IMG/VR virus record: IMGVR_UViG_3300032267_000653
Span: 1 to 48,922 of that record
Origin: a virus
Lineage: Duplodnaviria > Caudoviricetes
Length of the DNA stretch: 48,922 bases
Reading direction: 5' to 3' (one strand)
How positions within the stretch are numbered: the first letter of the stretch is position 1; each line of letters opens with the position of its first letter. Of this stretch, positions 46,063-48,922 are shown piece by piece. The position numbers were made by a program, and so were the translations under genes. The notes beneath the pieces are model-generated. The model was not told the DNA's origin. It saw only the letters and a list, made by a program, of their open reading frames with translations, and did no database searches.

Positions 46063-46971
46063 ATGGCTATTTCACGCGCACAACTACTGAAAGAGTTGCT
46101 CCCAGGCTTGAACGCATTGTTCGGACTTGAGTATGCAAAGTATGGTGAAGAAACTAAAGAGATTTACGAAACTGAATCTTCTGAGCGTTCCTTCGAAGAA
46201 GAAACCAAATTGTCTGGCTTTAGTGCAGCTCCCGTTAAAAACGAGGGTTCACCAATCGCTTATGACAACGGGCAAGAAGCATGGACTGCTCGCTATACAC
46301 ACGTAACGATCGCTCAGGGTTTCTCTCTGACCGAAGAAGCAATTGAAGATAACTTGTATGACTCATTGTCTGCTCGTTATACCAAGGCTTTAGCTCGTTC
46401 CATGGCGTATACCAAGCAAGTTCGTGGTGCTGCTGTTATCAACAATGGTTTTAGCGCTAGTTACCCAGGTGGTGACGGTGTTGCATTGTTTGCTAACGAT
46501 CACCCATTGGTTTCTGGTGGTACCAACAGTAACATCCCAGCAACCCCATCTGACTTGAATGAGACTTCTTTGGAAGCCGCTGTTATTCAAATCTCTTTGT
46601 GGACTGATGAACGTTCATTGTTGATCGCTGCTAAACCTAAGAAGATGATTGTCCCTCCATCATTACAGTTCGTTGCAACTCGTTTGCTCGAAACTGAACT
46701 GCGTGTTGGTACAGCTGATAACGACATCAACGCAATTAAGAACAATGGCTCGATTCCAGAAGGTTACACAATTAACCACTTCTTGACCGACACAAACGCA
46801 TGGTTCTTGACAACTGATGTTCCAAACGGTATGAAGCATTTTGTTCGTACACCACTCCAGAATTCTATGGATGGTGACTTCGATACAGGTAACGTACGTT
46901 ACAAGTCTCGTGAGCGTTATAGCTTTGGCTGGTCAGATCCACTAGGTATGTGGGGTTCCCAAGGAGCCTAA
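46063..46971 (+). CDS. Major capsid protein
   Basis: 302 aa, strong RBS, biased codon use, followed by a terminator. Contains EEAIEDNLYD, LARSM and RERYSFG. Confidence 0.85.
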   Translation: MAISRAQLLKELLPGLNALFGLEYAKYGEETKEIYETESSERSFEEETKLSGFSAAPVKNEGSPIAYDNGQEAWTARYTHVTIAQGFSLTEEAIEDNLYDSLSARYTKALARSMAYTKQVRGAAVINNGFSASYPGGDGVALFANDHPLVSGGTNSNIPATPSDLNETSLEAAVIQISLWTDERSLLIAAKPKKMIVPPSLQFVATRLLETELRVGTADNDINAIKNNGSIPEGYTINHFLTDTNAWFLTTDVPNGMKHFVRTPLQNSMDGDFDTGNVRYKSRERYSFGWSDPLGMWGSQGA

Positions 46972-46976
46972 AAATT

Positions 46977-46999
46977 GGGGGGAGAAATCCCCCCTTTTT
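46977..46999 (+). terminator. Intrinsic terminator after the capsid gene
   Basis: GGGGGGA-GAAA-TCCCCCC-TTTTT. Confidence 0.85.
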
Positions 47000-47026
47000 G
47001 TTTTATTTATAGTAGTATCTTATTAA

Positions 47027-47100
47027 CTGGGTGTTACCCGCTTATTAGACTGCCCCAGCAGACGCATACAAGACTAATAAGCTGAACTTTGTATGAAGGA
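47027..47100 (+). ncRNA. Candidate pseudoknotted leader RNA
   Basis: Three interleaved complementary pairs ending at the RBS of the gene starting at 47110. Confidence 0.4.
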
Positions 47101-47109
47101 AAATTTATC

Positions 47110-47562
47110 ATGGCATTTACCACATTTACAGGCCCCGTCAGATCGCTTAACGGTTTTGCACAGCCTATTATTTACATTACTTCAGCGTTAGCTGCCCAAT
47201 ACAGCAACGTAATTCCTATTACTGCTGGTTCACAAGTCCTTATTCTTTCACCTGCTGATGGCGGTCCTGCTAGTGAAGTTACTTTAACTTTGCCTTTAGT
47301 ACAGACAACCAACGGTCAAGCCTTTAGCATTACTAACGCAGATCCTAACTATGCTGGTCTACGTGGTTTTATTTTGAACTATGGCGCAGTTGCCCACGTT
47401 TTAGCTGGTTATCAGACATCTGCTGGCGTATTCCAACGTGTTAACTTGGACGCAGATGGCGTTGTTTTACCTGCTGGCTATGCTGTTGAGTACGGTGGTA
47501 ATGGCAACCCTGATGCTCCTTGGGCTGCAAGCCAAATGGTTCTTTGCACTGGCAATACTTAA
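47110..47562 (+). CDS. Putative virion structural protein
   Basis: Start MAFTTFTGPVRS after AAGGA; beta-rich, with VTLTLP. Confidence 0.65.
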   Translation: MAFTTFTGPVRSLNGFAQPIIYITSALAAQYSNVIPITAGSQVLILSPADGGPASEVTLTLPLVQTTNGQAFSITNADPNYAGLRGFILNYGAVAHVLAGYQTSAGVFQRVNLDADGVVLPAGYAVEYGGNGNPDAPWAASQMVLCTGNT

Positions 47563-47619
47563 TTAATCTTGTGGGTTAGGGTTTTCCCTAACTCATCTTA
47601 ACTTTTTTGGAGATTAATT

Positions 47620-47904
47620 ATGGGTATGCAATATGACGTAAGTTCAGCATCTAATAATGCAAGTTCAACATTTGTTGCAGGGCCAGCTCGTTTAAAAGCC
47701 GTGTATTTTACTGGTGGAGCAAATGCTGGTTCTATTACATTTAAAGATGGCGGGTCTAGCGGGGATGTAAAACTTGTACTTCCATCAATTGCTAATGCAA
47801 CTGCACCAACATATATGTTGCTTCCTGGTGAAGGTATTCGATTTAACACTAATTTGTACGCTAATTTAACTAACGTATCTGTGTTAACAGTAATTTATGG
47901 CTAA
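47620..47904 (+). CDS. Putative small virion protein
   Basis: 94 aa, GGAG RBS; GPARLKA...PGEGIRF...YG. Confidence 0.7.
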   Translation: MGMQYDVSSASNNASSTFVAGPARLKAVYFTGGANAGSITFKDGGSSGDVKLVLPSIANATAPTYMLLPGEGIRFNTNLYANLTNVSVLTVIYG

Positions 47905-48154
47905 GAAAAAAGGTCCTTCTCTTGCGGTTGGTCGTGGTGAAAAGTTGCCTGTATCTAAGGGCGCTGGGCTTACCGCCAAAGGCCGTGCTAAATATAATGC
48001 GGCTACTGGCTCGAATCTAAAGGCTCCACAGCCACAAGGCGGGTCTAGAAAAGACTCTTTCTGCGCACGTATGTCTGGTATGCCTGGCCCAATGAAAGAC
48101 AAAAAAGGTCGCCCTACTAGGAAGGCTGCCTCATTAGCGAGGTGGAAATGCTAA
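47897..48154 (+). CDS. Small basic phage protein
   Basis: GLTAKGRAKYN...SFCARM...SLARWKC. Confidence 0.7.
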   Translation: MAKKKGPSLAVGRGEKLPVSKGAGLTAKGRAKYNAATGSNLKAPQPQGGSRKDSFCARMSGMPGPMKDKKGRPTRKAASLARWKC

Positions 48155-48384
48155 ACGTGATGGAGCTTTGGACAGGTGGGCTAACAATATTTGTAGCCTT
48201 AATTGGATATATCATGCACGAGAAGTTTAATGAACTTAGTCGTATTGGTATTTTGGTAAACAAAACAAGAGAAGAGGTAGCCCGTGATAACGTTACTAAA
48301 GCAGAAGTTGAGCGCATTATGGAGCACATTGATGCAAGGTTTAACAAGCTTGAAAGCAAAATTGACCAACTTATTCAAAGGTAA
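48148..48384 (+). CDS. Membrane-anchored coiled-coil protein (holin/spanin-like possible)
   Basis: N-terminal hydrophobic helix followed by heptads. Confidence 0.5.
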   Translation: MLNVMELWTGGLTIFVALIGYIMHEKFNELSRIGILVNKTREEVARDNVTKAEVERIMEHIDARFNKLESKIDQLIQR

Positions 48385-48387
48385 ATT

Positions 48388-48588
48388 ATGAAACATGATG
48401 ACATCAAACAAGACATGCCAATGATGAAAAAAGTGGCTAAGCAAGAAGTTGCTGCGCACGAAAAGCGTATGCACAAAATGGCTAAAGGCGGTATGACTCG
48501 TGCCGATGGCTGCATCTCTAAAGGTCACACTAAAGGCACAATGGTTGCCATGTGTGGCGGCGGTATGTACGGTAAAAAAGGTAAGTAA
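48388..48588 (+). CDS. Small basic hypothetical protein
   Basis: 66 aa with MAKGG and ADGC..KG.TKG motifs. Confidence 0.6.
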   Translation: MKHDDIKQDMPMMKKVAKQEVAAHEKRMHKMAKGGMTRADGCISKGHTKGTMVAMCGGGMYGKKGK

Positions 48589-48839
48589 TGAAAGCGTCTA
48601 GGGGCATGGGCGCAGTAATGCCGAGTAAAATGCCTAAAGCAACTAAAAGCGCTGTTCTTTTAAAGGATGGTGGTAGCGTTAATGCTGCTGGTAATTACAC
48701 CAAACCAGAGATGCGCAAGCGTATTGTTTCTCAAGTTAAAGCTGCTGCAACACAAGGTACTGGCGCAGGTCAGTGGTCGGCTCGTAAAGCCCAACTAGTA
48801 GCTAAAAAATATAAGGCGGCTGGCGGTGGGTATAAATGA
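48588..48839 (+). CDS. Small basic hypothetical protein
   Basis: YTKPEMR...WSARKAQL...GGGYK. Confidence 0.65.
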   Translation: MKASRGMGAVMPSKMPKATKSAVLLKDGGSVNAAGNYTKPEMRKRIVSQVKAAATQGTGAGQWSARKAQLVAKKYKAAGGGYK

Positions 48840-48922
48840 GTGGATTGGCAAAATCGCAGCGTTCTTTAAAGGCTTGGGGCGACCAAAAGTGGACAACCAA
48901 GTCAGGGAAGAAATCGTCCGAG
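48836..48922 (+). CDS. Hypothetical protein, 3'-truncated
   Basis: ATGA overlap; MSGLAKSQRSLKAWGDQKWTTKSGKKSSE runs off the window end. Confidence 0.6.
   Translation, partial: MSGLAKSQRSLKAWGDQKWTTKSGKKSSE

Noticed and set aside
47572-47595. GTTAGGG-TTTT-CCCTAAC contains both palindrome half-sites
   Set aside because: The halves are in reverse order and lack the ACAWTGT core. It is better explained as an RNA hairpin or weak terminator.
1-48922. tRNA/rRNA genes, integrase, alternative genetic code
   Set aside because: None recognised by eye. Long ORFs translate intact in the standard code, and TAA, TAG and TGA are all used as stops.

Overview
The window holds most of a tailed dsDNA phage genome, podovirus-like, with a P22-type portal and large internal virion proteins. 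It has three blocks. (1) 1-13.2 kb (+): tail and ejection genes, ending in a 2409-aa polyvalent-type virion protein. (2) 13.3-38.0 kb (-): a replication/early arm with primase-helicase, SSB-like protein, SNF2 helicase, nucleases, FkbM methyltransferase, glycosyltransferase, alpha-CTD-like protein, family A DNA polymerase, an AAA/vWA module and many small early ORFs. (3) 38.4-48.9 kb (+): terminase, portal, GroES-like protein, scaffold and capsid. I saw no integrase, tRNA, rRNA or CRISPR array. The main unexplained feature is a palindrome, (C)CTAACAWTGTTAG(G). I counted 25 copies by eye, all between 25.7 and 38.06 kb. They sit inside genes in different reading frames, on start/stop codons, and next to early promoters and terminators. 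The array ends at two paralogous unknown genes and an ori-like segment, suggesting an undescribed phage system in which a protein binds many DNA sites. All product calls come from motif recognition, not database searches.
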